The notes under the pieces: generated by a model
Database searches by the model: none
The model's input: the letters and a program-made list of their open reading frames with translations, nothing else
Told to the model about the DNA's origin: nothing
NCBI RefSeq assembly: GCF_902459465.1
Contig: NC_047062.1
Span: 16,740,001 to 16,804,000, forward strand
DNA length: 64,000 nt
Direction: 5' to 3'
Source: Asterias rubens
Taxonomy: Eukaryota
Part shown: positions 11,592 through 22,616 of the stretch, piece after piece
How positions within the stretch are numbered: the first letter of the stretch is position 1
Layout of the letters: every line of letters begins with the position of its first letter
Translations under genes and position numbers: made by a program

Positions 11592-11718
11592 AACAATATA
11601 CAATTGTTGCACGCTGTGACAGGGTCCATGGCGTTTTGTACACCCGAAGCCGAGATTATCAGCCGAGGGTGTACAAAACCCATGGACCCAAAATCACAGC
11701 GTGCAACAATTGTTTTGT
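11592..11718. repeat. Long imperfect palindrome (MITE-like)
   Basis: ACAATTGTTGCACGCTGTGA..CCATGG..TTTTGTACACCC pairs with GGGTGTACAAAA..CCATGG..TCACAGCGTGCAACAATTGT. Confidence 0.7.
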
Positions 11719-12404
11719 TATACATTGGTAACATGATTATTCCTCTTCTCTGAGTTATGTTGTTATCTTTAAACATGATAACGATGGAGTATGCATAGTT
11801 TAATAAGCGGTTGAACAGTTGTTCAAACCAGAAACCATTCTTCACTGTTCCCTCGGTTAACATCACTCATGTTACCCGCCGTGACGGCAGCCGTGGTACA
11901 TGCGTATTTGTTGCACGGCACGTGATTGGTTCTCGACCAATCAAACTTCACAATTTGTTACCGAGGTATTACAAGACTAATTGATAAACCTTCCACAAGA
12001 AGAGGGCTCAAATCAAAGATACTGAAATCATACTATGAAGAAAAAAAGTCTTCCTTTTTTAATTCTTTTTCTGACAAAAGTGTAAAAAACAAAACTTTGC
12101 TGAAATTTTTATTTTGAACCAATTCTCCTTTAATTGGGTAGATTAACAGATGTCAAAGATGTAGCGGTCACTTTCTCTGTAAATATATAGCCAAGTATTT
12201 TCAAGTACTTCAGTTTTTCTTCTACTTTCTAAAGAAACTCACTTGTCGTGTGTAATTAAAACGATACGACTAGTTGAATAAATTTGACTTGTTAAGATTG
12301 CAAAACACACGTGTTTTAGAAGCCTCCCTCAGTTGTAAATTTATCTGCTGCTTTGCACGCTTTTTATAGTGTCTAATATTGATTCAGACTATAGTGAACA
12401 TAAG

Positions 12405-12705
12405 AATAGACCCCCTGCATCTGTCGTAATACTCTCTCTCTGAGACCAAACGAAGCAAATCATTGGACGATAGCTGTTCTTTCTGCGTTTAAGTGTGCAC
12501 GTTACCTGCACCCTAAGTGTCCCTGTAGCTTTCTACGTAAAAGCGTGCACGTGACCTGCACCCTTAGTGTCTCTGTAGCTTTCTGCGTAAAAGCGTGCAC
12601 GTGACCTGCACCCTTAGTGTCCCTGTAGCTTTCTGCGTAAAAGCGTGCACGTGACCTGCACCCTTAGTGTCTCTGTAGCATTTTGTATTATGCAAGGGGT
12701 CTATT
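12405..12705. mobile_element. TIR element carrying four 50-bp tandem repeats
   Basis: TIR AATAGACCCCCTGCAT / ATGCAAGGGGTCTATT. GTGCAC recurs at 12495, 12545, 12595 and 12645. Confidence 0.75.
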
Positions 12706-12974
12706 GAGAAACTCTCCAAACTTTTTGTCAACAAAATGCTGAATTACAGGCAAAATTATCCAGAAAAATACAACAAAAGTTACAGCTGAATAAAGTTCCT
12801 GCATAAAGAGAAAACGGTAAAAAACCTTGACATGGTATTTATCAAGAACATCAAATACATCTTCATTTAGCAAGGCAACTGTGGGTAGCAACTGCATCTC
12901 TTGCCAAGATTGTGCTAAGACTATCCTTGACCATAGTTTGATGACTTAGTTATCTCGTAAAACTGTCTAGTATA

Positions 12975-13340
12975 ATTCGACTACGCTAGTGGACTATTTG
13001 GAACCAGCCTACCAGGCATGGTAGTGGATCAAAGTAGATAAGTTATCAGAAAATGTTTTGTCAATGATAGTTGGAGTAAGCTAGTCGACTATATGGAACC
13101 AGCCTACCAGGCATGGTGGCATTGCTGAGCATTGTTATCAACCGCCCTATTCATAGCATAGTTCAAAGTCAACAAGTTATCAGAAAATGTTAAGTCGATG
13201 ATGGACTATGCTAGTCGACTACATGTATTTGGAACCTGCCTACCAGGCATAGTTGCGTCGCATCGCTGGTTCTGTCGCATCGCTGGTTACCAACAGCTGT
13301 ATTCATAGCACAGTGTAGAGTGGACCAGTTATCAGAAACT
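12975..13340. repeat. Three degenerate tandem units of about 100-125 bp
   Basis: GCTAGT(C/G)GACTA..GGAACC(A/T)GCCTACCAGGCAT recurs near 12985, 13080 and 13210; AGTTATCAGAAA occurs three times. Confidence 0.7.
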
Positions 13341-13493
13341 ACAACGTCCGTGTGCATGCCCTTCATACGTGATTTAACAACCACTCGTTAAACATTGGTC
13401 CTTAAGCGAACTTTGCCCGTAATGTCAACGGCATTAAAAAGGACACCAAAGAAACTTCCAAAAGTTGCATGTAGATTCAAATTTTGTAATGTC

Positions 13494-13499
13494 TTTATT
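13494..13499 (-). terminator. Probable FANCL polyadenylation signal AATAAA
   Basis: TTTATT on the + strand, about 50 nt downstream of the FANCL stop codon. Confidence 0.5.
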
Positions 13500-13550
13500 T
13501 CAGAGTGCTATTCCATATAACATTTGGAGAACTCAAACATTCCTCTAGTA

Positions 13551-16500
13551 TCACCTGCTGTCATTTCTCTTGATTGTGATTGGCTTACTGCAGTATGGAC
13601 ACTCTCCAAATATGGTATTTGTTTGGTGGCTTGACGAAGAAGAGCGCAACCACTGACAATAAAATAAAATAATCAAAACAATTATTACTACGATCATTTT
13701 ACATATATTGCCATCCGTATTAACTTTACAAAAGATATGGAGGTAAAATTTGTGACAATTATAAAAAGTACAGCTTTAAAAATAATCCACTAAGATAAAA
13801 AAATATTCTTACCTTTTAATATTTGTGCCTGGATATTTGAACTACATCTAAAGGACATTAATAGAACATGATCTTTGTTAAATATTACCTCATACAAACA
13901 GTTGTAATGAAAGGGTTTGTTGCACTGAGGACTGTCGCACGCCCGTTCTGGTATAGCGCCCTCCAGGTGGTACGACAAGCAGATGGCGCATTCTTCACTG
14001 AAGTCCTGTAATCAATCAGTAGAAAAGGGTACATGAAATATACACAATGGTGACATTATACATTAATAATAACAACTAGTTCTTATATTGACCCAATTCA
14101 CACAACGTCTCCATGCGCTTTACAATAGTGCCCTGGTCATTGAGCCAATAACATTCAAGTAATCTGTTTCAGTTCCCTGGGCAGTATACAGCCCATGGCT
14201 GCCATGGCGCTCAAAAGGTCTTTTCATGCATACACAATATCAACATCTACCTTAGCAGGTACCCATTTTATTTATACCCCTGAGTGAAGAGAAGCTTGTA
14301 GTAAAGCATCTTTCTCAAAAACACAATTGTCACTACCAGGATTCAAGCCCACACTCCACTGATTTAACCACCAGAACTTGAATTTGATGCTCCAAACCAA
14401 TCGCCAGTGACATTAATAGTACAATAATACCATATGAGGGATTTGTCCTACCTCTTTACGACTAGATGAGGGTGATGGAAACTCAACGTTCAGTACTGAC
14501 TTCAGGTTGCTGAGTAGACTTCTACTTGTGTTCCAGTCGTTGAGATTGCTATTCAACTTCTCACGTAATGGATTGATGACTAGTAATAAATAAAACAAAA
14601 ATAAGGTTTGTATTTATGAGACCCCAGTGTTCTCCTTTAACAGTAGTCCACTGGCTGAATGCCTGTTACAAAACCTGAGGACCAGTCAAAATTCACTCTA
14701 AGTGGTTCGGCTGGCAAGTCCAGTGATGAAAAGCATGCCTATTTAAAGACACTGGACACTATTGGTAATTGTCAAAGACCAGTCGTCTGACTTGGTGTAT
14801 CTCAACATATGCATACAATAACAAACCTGTGAAAATTTGAGCTCAATCGGTCATCAAAGTTGCAAGATAATAATGAAAGAAGAAACACCCTTGTCACACG
14901 AAGTTGTGTGCTTTCAGATGCTTGATTTCGAGACCTCATATTCTAAATCTGAGGTCTTGAAATTAAATTTGTGGAAAATTACTTCTTTCTCAAAAACTAT
15001 GGCACTTCAGAGTGAGCCGTTTCTCACAATGTTTTATACCATCAACCTGTCCCCATTACTCGTTACCAAGTAAGGTTTTATGCTAATAATTATTGTGAGT
15101 AATATTACCAATAGTGTCCACTGCCTTTAATATGGAATATTGAATATGGACTAATGAAGAAACTGACAAACCAGTGGAATGAAAAACTAACTGGTCCTGC
15201 TTGCTAGTCACTGACTAATTTTGGGGTATATTTGTTCTATTTAATTAAACAAGTCTTCAGTTAAAAATTTATATTCTCCAGTATTCAAAACTAAAATTGA
15301 TGTTCTGAATTAGTGCTAAATATTACTGTGAATACACAACTCTGTGGGGAAATAAAACAAAAGAAGTGCATCCAAGATAGTTTAATATTTAAATAAAGCT
15401 CTTTTTCTTCTAACCAAGTATAATCACAGCTTTTACCTCCAAATGTATGCCTTACCACAAGCTTCAAGAAATAATTAAGCAGTGTTTCAATTACCTCATT
15501 TTGCATGTTTTTTTTGTATCAGAATACATGACAATAAATCACCAACCTTTGTGAAGATTGTGTTCAGTTTTCATTAATCAGTCGCCCCTATAATTTTTAG
15601 CCCAATTCCACCGATGGTTTTAAGACTTATCAAATGATTGAGAAAATTAACCCTGAGCAAAGTTATGCGATTTTATTAGATTTAACTTAAATGAGCGATT
15701 ACAGGCTATCTATAAGCGTATTGGTTCGGTTAGTACATAAATCTAAAGCAGGCCCGGCCACTTTATGCAAAGCTACTGTAACACGCAAAACAAATATGAC
15801 ATTATACCTTTTGGGCTTCTAGCAAATAATGAAGGAACAGGGAGTGTTGTTGACTTGTCCCTCTTAATGTATTTCTTCCTCCTAGAAGGTAGATTGAACT
15901 GTAAGTTTTTGTAACATAAATTTTTCCACCACAAGAAACACAAACGATAGCCCAACTCCTCATTCTCTGGTCACATCCACATTTTGTGAAATCTTAATTT
16001 AAATGGAAAACGAATCATATTTGCTGTAAGCAGTAGGCCTAGTCATTAGCAGACTGACTCTTCCACTTGTTGAAAAAATGCTTCTCTCTTAAGAAATTAC
16101 AGATTGCTCGGTGATGAGCCAGTTATTGGCGGATGTGTGGAGCGCCCGCATTTTGCTTCCTCGTCTTGCTTGATCATCTAGTTACAGGCGCGTCAATTTA
16201 AACAGCGCCCTCTTTCGACTTTGCCTTTTCTTTGACTAGTGTTAGTTTTACTAAGCCGCATAATATTATACAGTAACATCGAACCATGGCCATGATCAAC
16301 ATCAAGCCTTCCGGCAACAATCATTACAATCTTTAAATTTCAATGAAGTCAGAAACCGCGAATACTTTTTGCAGTAAAGCAAAAAGGGCTGTGAACTTGT
16401 TTTCAAGGGCGTGCAACATAACTTGCCCTTCTAGCTGGGAGCATACTTTCATCCCTTTCATTGAATATAATTTAACAATCTTTGATTTTCATTAAACTAC

Positions 16501-19500
16501 ATTTCATAAGATTTTGTATTCAGATTTTTATTACTATTTTACTACCTTTATTGCCCCAAAATCAAAACACATTTTTGTGCAAAAGGGCCACTAAATTTGG
16601 TCCCTTGATCACATATTAGAATAAAACAAAGAAGCAAAGACAACATAAAAAATGTATATACATAGATAAATCATGGAAATATATAATGAGTAGGGTAGAT
16701 GGCCTTAGCTTTTGATCCAAACCGGACCTTCTTCAGAGGCATAAAACAAGTACAAACAAACACATATCCATTTATAGAAAAAGAGAGGGGAAAGGGATTA
16801 ACGGAAGGATTCAGAAAGAATCATGGAAATATATATACAAGTCATAAAATCAAAGAAACAAATTTATACATATGATTAACAATAAGATAGCAAAATGTTT
16901 GTTTTGACTGTACAGTTTACAAACATTTTTGAATAAAAACAAAAATATTGGGAATTTCTTACCATGGTCAGCGCCAAGAAATCTGAATTTGGGAAGCATC
17001 TTTGGGTAGAGCGGATCCAGTGTTACTTGTATGGATGAGTTATTACCTGCAAACAATTGACAAATGGAAGTATTGTTTGAAATGTCAAGACCACACTGGC
17101 TCTTCTCATCAGTACCAACGTCGCACAAAAGAGATTTACACATGGTTGTTACCGCAAGTTTACTATTTATTTACAATTTCTTCCTAATTGACAAATGATT
17201 CGGATTAAAAGTAAATACTGTGCCAGCCATTGCATAAAAAAAAAATAAGTATCAAATGGAACGTACAAGATAAATCGACTGGTCTTAGAAATTTACCCAT
17301 GAACCTACCTGGGCCCAATTTCATAGCGCTGCTTAACGGTAAGCAAATTTTCGTGCTTACTGTAGCAGAACATTTTGCTAAGGTGCAAGCGTATTTCATA
17401 AGTGAGCAGAAACATTTGCATTAATGTGATGTCAATTATTTTAGTGCGGTAAGCACCAGAAGGTTAGCATGCCTTTTTGTGTGCTTACGGTTAGCAGCAG
17501 TATGAAATGGAAATCACACAGTAAGCACAAAATTGGCTGCTAAGCAGAGTAATTTGCCTGTTGATTGTTTTCACAGATCTCAGGAACGTACTGAGGATAC
17601 AGTGCTTAACACGTGCAGTGTGAAGGCCGGTTTATAGTGGATGGTCGTGTGATGGTCGCCAAATTAACCAAATTAAACAAATAATTAAATTGAAAATATC
17701 ACACTGGACAAAAGATAACATAGACAAGGCTGATTGATAAAGAAGACTGCCTACCAAGAGCAATTCTCCTGGCTGTGTCTGAAGGACGAGGCTTCTCCGG
17801 TTCTAGAACCCAGGTCTGCTCGTCAATCTCGCTCACAGTATCCCAGAAATCCTTGTACTTCTCCAAGCACCCCTCAAACTGCTTATAAATATCCGCTAAC
17901 GAACTCTGAAAATCAGAACACAAATAAAGAACAAGTAATCATTGCTTTAGTTCTTCGTAATCATTTTATTGTAAGGTGCTTTTGTTAATTTTTAGTATGG
18001 AAAATGCGGGGTATAAATTTCATTAACACTATTATTATTATTATAACCTGTTGGATAAAAGAAATTACTTTTTGAAATCATAAAACAAACATCCATGATG
18101 TGTTGTGCATTCAGAGCAAACTTTATGTACATTTGTAAATTTGTAAAGTTAAGCAGTTTAGGAGAAAATTGTGGTCTAAACTTCTCTCTTTTTGTTGCTT
18201 TGCAATGCAAGAGAAATAGTTCAACCTCATGACCATGACTAAGTGTGAGACAAGCAAGGGAGTCAGGTTACTTTGTACCTAGACAACTTCGTACCTTTAC
18301 AAGTTTGTTCCTTGACCACTTTGGACCTTGAAACTTCAAATTTCACTGCAGTTTGTTCAGGTGAGAAAAGAAAACACTCTGCCAACCGACTGCCCTAAAG
18401 TACTGAATGATTGAAATAAAAACTAACTTTCCGCGTCCAGTGTAGTTCAAATGCATCTCCAGGTAGATCTGTTGTGCAGGTTGGAGCCACAACTGGATGC
18501 TAAGAGAGGGGGAAAGGAAATCATTACTTAATAATTAATCCCACTCTTTTTCATAACATTTGCTGGTGAATTTATCAACCACTTCAAACCATTAAACGTT
18601 TTGGTTTATTTATGGTACATGTAAATACAACAGTGCAAAGAACTGTCTGTACTAAGCATAAACAACAAGAACAGCCTGGCCAGGATTTGAACCCATACTC
18701 TCACACCACCATGATTTGTGTTGATACTACCCACTTGACAATACACAATTTTCAGCCATCTTTGGGGGAAAATTGTTTGAATGCACAACGTATTATGTGT
18801 AAATAATGTGTGCGACACTCATGAGTTTTAAGCATATCAATGTCCTTGCACAATTGGACGATGAATCACTTGGTCGGGTAGAAAAGTTAGGACAGCAGAT
18901 CGCAGCCAAAACCCAAGTTGCCCGTAAAGATGGCCTCCATCGTGCACTATCGATAGATATACCTTAAATATAGATATATTAACTACCAGTTAATCTCCTA
19001 GGCAGTGTTTAAGCATCATCTAGCAACAGTATCCAGCATTCTCCTGAAGACAATCAGGGCATACTGATTAAATCGTTGAGTTGTTGACCATTTTTTTTCC
19101 CGCACCAGCTCTACTCAAAGAGATTTACAAATGGTGCTACTACAAACCTCACCTAATAATAACAATAAAAGATTTACCTGAGGATCCATATGTACTGTGA
19201 TACAATGATCTCGGCCATTATCCCCCCTGGAAGTTAACTCTAAACGTCTGAATGATGGATCCACATAGGACAGCTTCTCCCATCCTAATTGGTTGATGTC
19301 TTGCATCACTTGGGAGCACTGTGTCGACATGGTCATGCTAGTCCGTTCTTTCTGTCCGTCATAACGATGCTGCATTGTGAGCTCCTAAAATTTGAACATT
19401 TTGTTCAAAAAGTGATTCCACTTTCAAAATTCAAAAAATTGAAGGCAATACCTTTTGTTTTTGCTTTATTTCGAGCACCATCTTATTTCTTTTTTATACT

Positions 19501-21377
19501 TAAAAAAAAATAAAATATGTATTTCTATTTATTTCAAACCTGCATCTTTACAAAGTCTACACCATCCGTCGGTTGACTGATCATTTGGGTCCCTCGAGTA
19601 TAAATAGTTTTGTTAATACAAGAAACAAAAGGCAACTCATCTCAACCAAGCAATAAACAACCACCCATAGCTCCAAAACCAGCAAGGTATAGTAGACTAC
19701 ACAACCAACAGTTTATAGAACAAACTGCTAGAACAAATACTTTCCTACAGTTCGTCATACCCAGAATAGTTAGGACATTGAATAAAATCCCACAGATGCC
19801 CCAGGAACGATGCCATTAGGAAGTTGACTTAAAGGCACTGGACACTATTGGTAATCACTGTTAGCATTAAAAACTTACTTATTAAATAGAGCTCAGCTGT
19901 TGATTGTGAGAAACCCTCTGAAGTAACGTAGTTTTGGAGTAAGAAGTAATTTTCCACGCAAATATTTTAATTTGATTTTGGATGAGACCTCGTGTGACAA
20001 GGGTTTCTTCTTTCTTCCATTATTGTCTCGCAACTTTGACGACCAATTGAGTCTAAATTTTCACAGGTTTATTATTTTGTGCGATGAGATCAACCAAGTA
20101 AGAAGACTGGTCTTTGACAATTACCAAAGGTGTCCAGTGTCTTTAAGTTCAGTTCTATCTCACTTAGGGCCTTCTTGAGAAACATCCTCGCAGATTATTT
20201 AGAACCAACATCAAGATCAAAATTAAATGTTAATGAAAATTATGAGACCAAAATAATACTTACCATAATATGTTTAAGTTCACTTAAAAATGTAGCCAGG
20301 TCTGGAGTATTCTTCAATCTCTTACTAATCTGATGAGAATGGAGATACTGGTTGAGTTGCCAATCACCGAGCAACTTGGCCCTCGTGTGATCACCGTCTT
20401 CAGGAATTTCAATTCTTAGATGCATATCAAGACCCTTTTAAAAAAAATCAAGAATACAAATTACTAGGGTTCATTTATCAACTATTTCAAGATTGAATGA
20501 GCAGAATTTATTTGTCCTTTTTCCGGATGAATTAGAAGAACAAAGTTTGTGGATGGAAAAGTTATTATTAAAAAAAAACAATTATCATTATTTATTCGAC
20601 AAAGATTCAAAGAGTTAGACAATTAAATTCACAACAATACAGTATATACGAGTAAACAGAATCGTGCATTATAGAAAATATAAATCAAAATTATTAAAAT
20701 CAAATAATTCTAAAAGCCAGCAAGCTTGTAGTCTGGCTTTTTCCTCCTTCGGGGAAAAAAAGAGGAAGAAAGAAGAGCCCCTATCCTCCTCTTTAATTTT
20801 CTGCCGTCGATTTCACCAAACTCTTCCTAACTTAGGATTAATCTTTGGACTTAGTAGGATGAGTTAAGTTCTGTACCCATAGACGTAAGGACGCATTGAA
20901 TGCGTCCTAAGTTAGGACGGGTTACTTGTCCTAACTCGAACTCGCCCCGTCTCTACATGTAGATAGGATTAATCCTAGCGTTTCGTGAAGTCAGCTGCAG
21001 GGCGTTAAACTTATACTTTTTTCTTACTGGGCCCAACAGGCTACACCAAGAGCAGTCAAGATAATCAAACCAAGAGCAGTTAAGTATGATCAAGTTAATC
21101 CTACAATGGTCTAGATAATTTTAAGAAGGCTGTATCCGAATTGGCGGCTACAGTTACAGCTCTGACTGTTGCATTTTGGGTGGTGCTCTGGACGTCCCTA
21201 GGCTTCTAAGCATGATGGAGCAGAAATCTAGCCGTAGCTGTAGCCGATAATTCGGGCACGACCTAAATAATTAGTTACCTTGATAGTTATGAAACCTTCC
21301 CAGCAGGTCTGCTGTTTGTTCAGAGGTATCAGACTTGGACATATCTCAAACACCTTCTGATTCTGCTTGGTCGCCAT
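13551..21377 (-). CDS. FANCL: E3 ubiquitin-protein ligase FANCL (ELF, DRWD and RING domains), 376 aa
   Basis: Exons 21377-21279, 20434-20264, 19384-19178, 18499-18428, 17905-17755, 17046-16963, 14579-14452, 14005-13889, 13652-13551 total 1131 nt; all introns GT-AG and phases match. Motifs: FWDTVSEIDEQTWVLEPEKP..TARRIALG, LDPLYPKMLP..FLGADH, RING ECAIC..CDSPQC..FHYNCLYEWL..IFGECPYCSKPI. Confidence 0.96.
14055..14410 (-). mobile_element. Degenerate tRNA-derived CORE-like SINE
   Basis: GCAGGTACCCATTT..CCCTGAGTGAAGAGAAGC and GGATTCAAGCCCACACTC match the 3770 and 6185 copies. Confidence 0.65.
14747..15126 (+). mobile_element. Kolobok-type MITE, family A
   Basis: Flanked by TTAA; nearly collinear with 10503-10873. 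Confidence 0.85.
16702..16741 (-). ncRNA. Fossil minimal hammerhead ribozyme motif (Penelope/retrozyme-like)
   Basis: Reverse strand: UGCCU-CUGAAGA-A-GGUCC(gguuu)GGAUC-AAAA-GCUA-AGGC. Stem I (4 bp) and stem II are present; the GAAA core reads AAAA. Confidence 0.55.
17312..17560. mobile_element. GGCCCAATTTCATAG family MITE (CWG TSD, Harbinger-like)
   Basis: The left end CTG|GGCCCAATTTCATAGCGCTGCTTAA is shared with copies near 11113, 42412 and 52321; a right end of the family lies near 22040-22125. Confidence 0.6.
19038..19080 (+). ncRNA. Degenerate hammerhead-like motif
   Basis: CUC-CUGAAGA-C-AAUCAG(ggcaua)CUGAUU-AAAU-CGUU-GAG. Stems I and II pair; the GAAA core is mutated. Confidence 0.35.
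19833..20142 (-). mobile_element. Kolobok-type MITE, family A (reverse orientation)
   Basis: TTAA|AGGCACTGGACAC...GTGTCCAGTGTCT|TTAA. Confidence 0.8.
20804..20997. mobile_element. MITE homologous to 6267-6429 (inverted)
   Basis: CTG|CCGTCGATTTCACC...CGTGAAGTCAGCTG|CAG; shares AGTTAGGACG and GGATTAATCCTAG. Confidence 0.75.
21127..21265. mobile_element. Harbinger-type MITE (GGCCGTGTCC family), degenerate
   Basis: GGCTGTATCCGAA..GGCTACAG pairs with CTGTAGCC..TTCGGGCACGACC; related to 51563-51677 and 58326-58454. Confidence 0.6.
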
Positions 21378-21499
21378 TCTGATCGAAGAACAAGCAATTG
21401 GATCAATAAGTATGAATACATGTTAAATTTGCATCTGGGATATTTTTTTAAAGTTCAATTGAGTTCAAATTTTTACAGAATTGTTATTTTATGCATTAA

Positions 21500-21835
21500 A
21501 GCCATTAGACCCTTTTGGTAAACAGTATTTTCCAAGGCCCACACATTGTGTATCACAACTTTATATATAAATAACAAACCTGTGGAAATTTAGGCTCAAT
21601 CGGTTATCGGAGTCGGGAGAAAATAACAGGAAAACCCATCCTTGTATCCGCACGTTTCGCCGTGTCATGACATGTGTTTAAAATAAATCTGTAATTCTCG
21701 CTATCGAAAATTGATATTGTTTTACTGTTTTCTCAAAAAGTTAAGCATTTCATGGACTAATATTTCAAGAGAAGTATTTCACCACTACCTTCTGTAAACC
21801 CTGTAAGTTATTTGTAAATCTGTGAACTTTTTTTA
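21500..21835 (+). mobile_element. Kolobok-type MITE, related family, right end truncated
   Basis: Starts TTAA|AGCCATT and contains ATAACAAACCTGTGGAAATTT shared with family A. Confidence 0.5.
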
Positions 21836-22525
21836 AAGCCAAAGGCGCCGGGATGGGCAAACGTATCATGCACTGTCATTGGTTTAATATAATGCGCAGT
21901 TCCATCATTCATACATCACACTCACACTGCACGCACTGTACGCATGACGTACTTCCTGAACAAGAATCTGTGCAAGCGATTAGCCCATCCCAGCGGTCCT
22001 GGATAGACTGGCCGCTGGGGCCGAGCGAAGCCTTTCCGCTTGCTTACGGTTAGCAGCGCTATGAAATAGAAATTGCACAGTAAGCACAAAATCAGCCGCC
22101 AAGCCGCACTATGAAATTGGGCCCTGGCTGTTGACTTCACTTTCCCATCATCCCAGTTTAGCCCAAATGGGGCTGTAATTTAATCCATTTGCAGTGTAAA
22201 TGGATTAATTAACCAAGTAACAAGTACTTTTATTTATAAGGACTTAAGTACAAGGCTAGGTAGTAAAAGTAAATGCAGGTTTTTATTTATACGGCCCAAT
22301 CATTAACCATTATTAAGGGCCTACCACTAGTTAGTGACACTACACCAGACAATCCGAATGAGTGATGACTAAATAAATTGTCAAAAACTTCGAATAAAAA
22401 TTAAGTAAGGATCCTGCCAAACAAAGAGGGCGTTGCCGACTTAAGTTTTAAACAGCATTTAAACATCATTAGGATGCCCAGCATCACAAGGAATAAGAAA
22501 GTTAGCTAAATAAAAGCATACTTAC

Positions 22526-22616
22526 TTCCCACAAGGAGGTAGAAATGCTTCCCAGGTAAACAGTTCATGACCACTTCACTTGCATTTCTTGCTTGTCACA
22601 CACACACAGCTGCAAG
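22526..22616 (-). other. FANCL: 3' part of the putative non-coding FANCL exon 1
   Basis: Strong donor GGAA|GTAAGTATG at 22525. The FANCL ATG lies 1 nt after acceptor TTCTTCGATCAG| (exon start 21378), so an upstream exon is required. Confidence 0.5.

Noticed and set aside
13583-13592. Donor-like GCA|GTAAGC inside the last FANCL exon
   Set aside because: Reading through gives the conserved CSKPIT and a stop at the expected length; no downstream exon was found.
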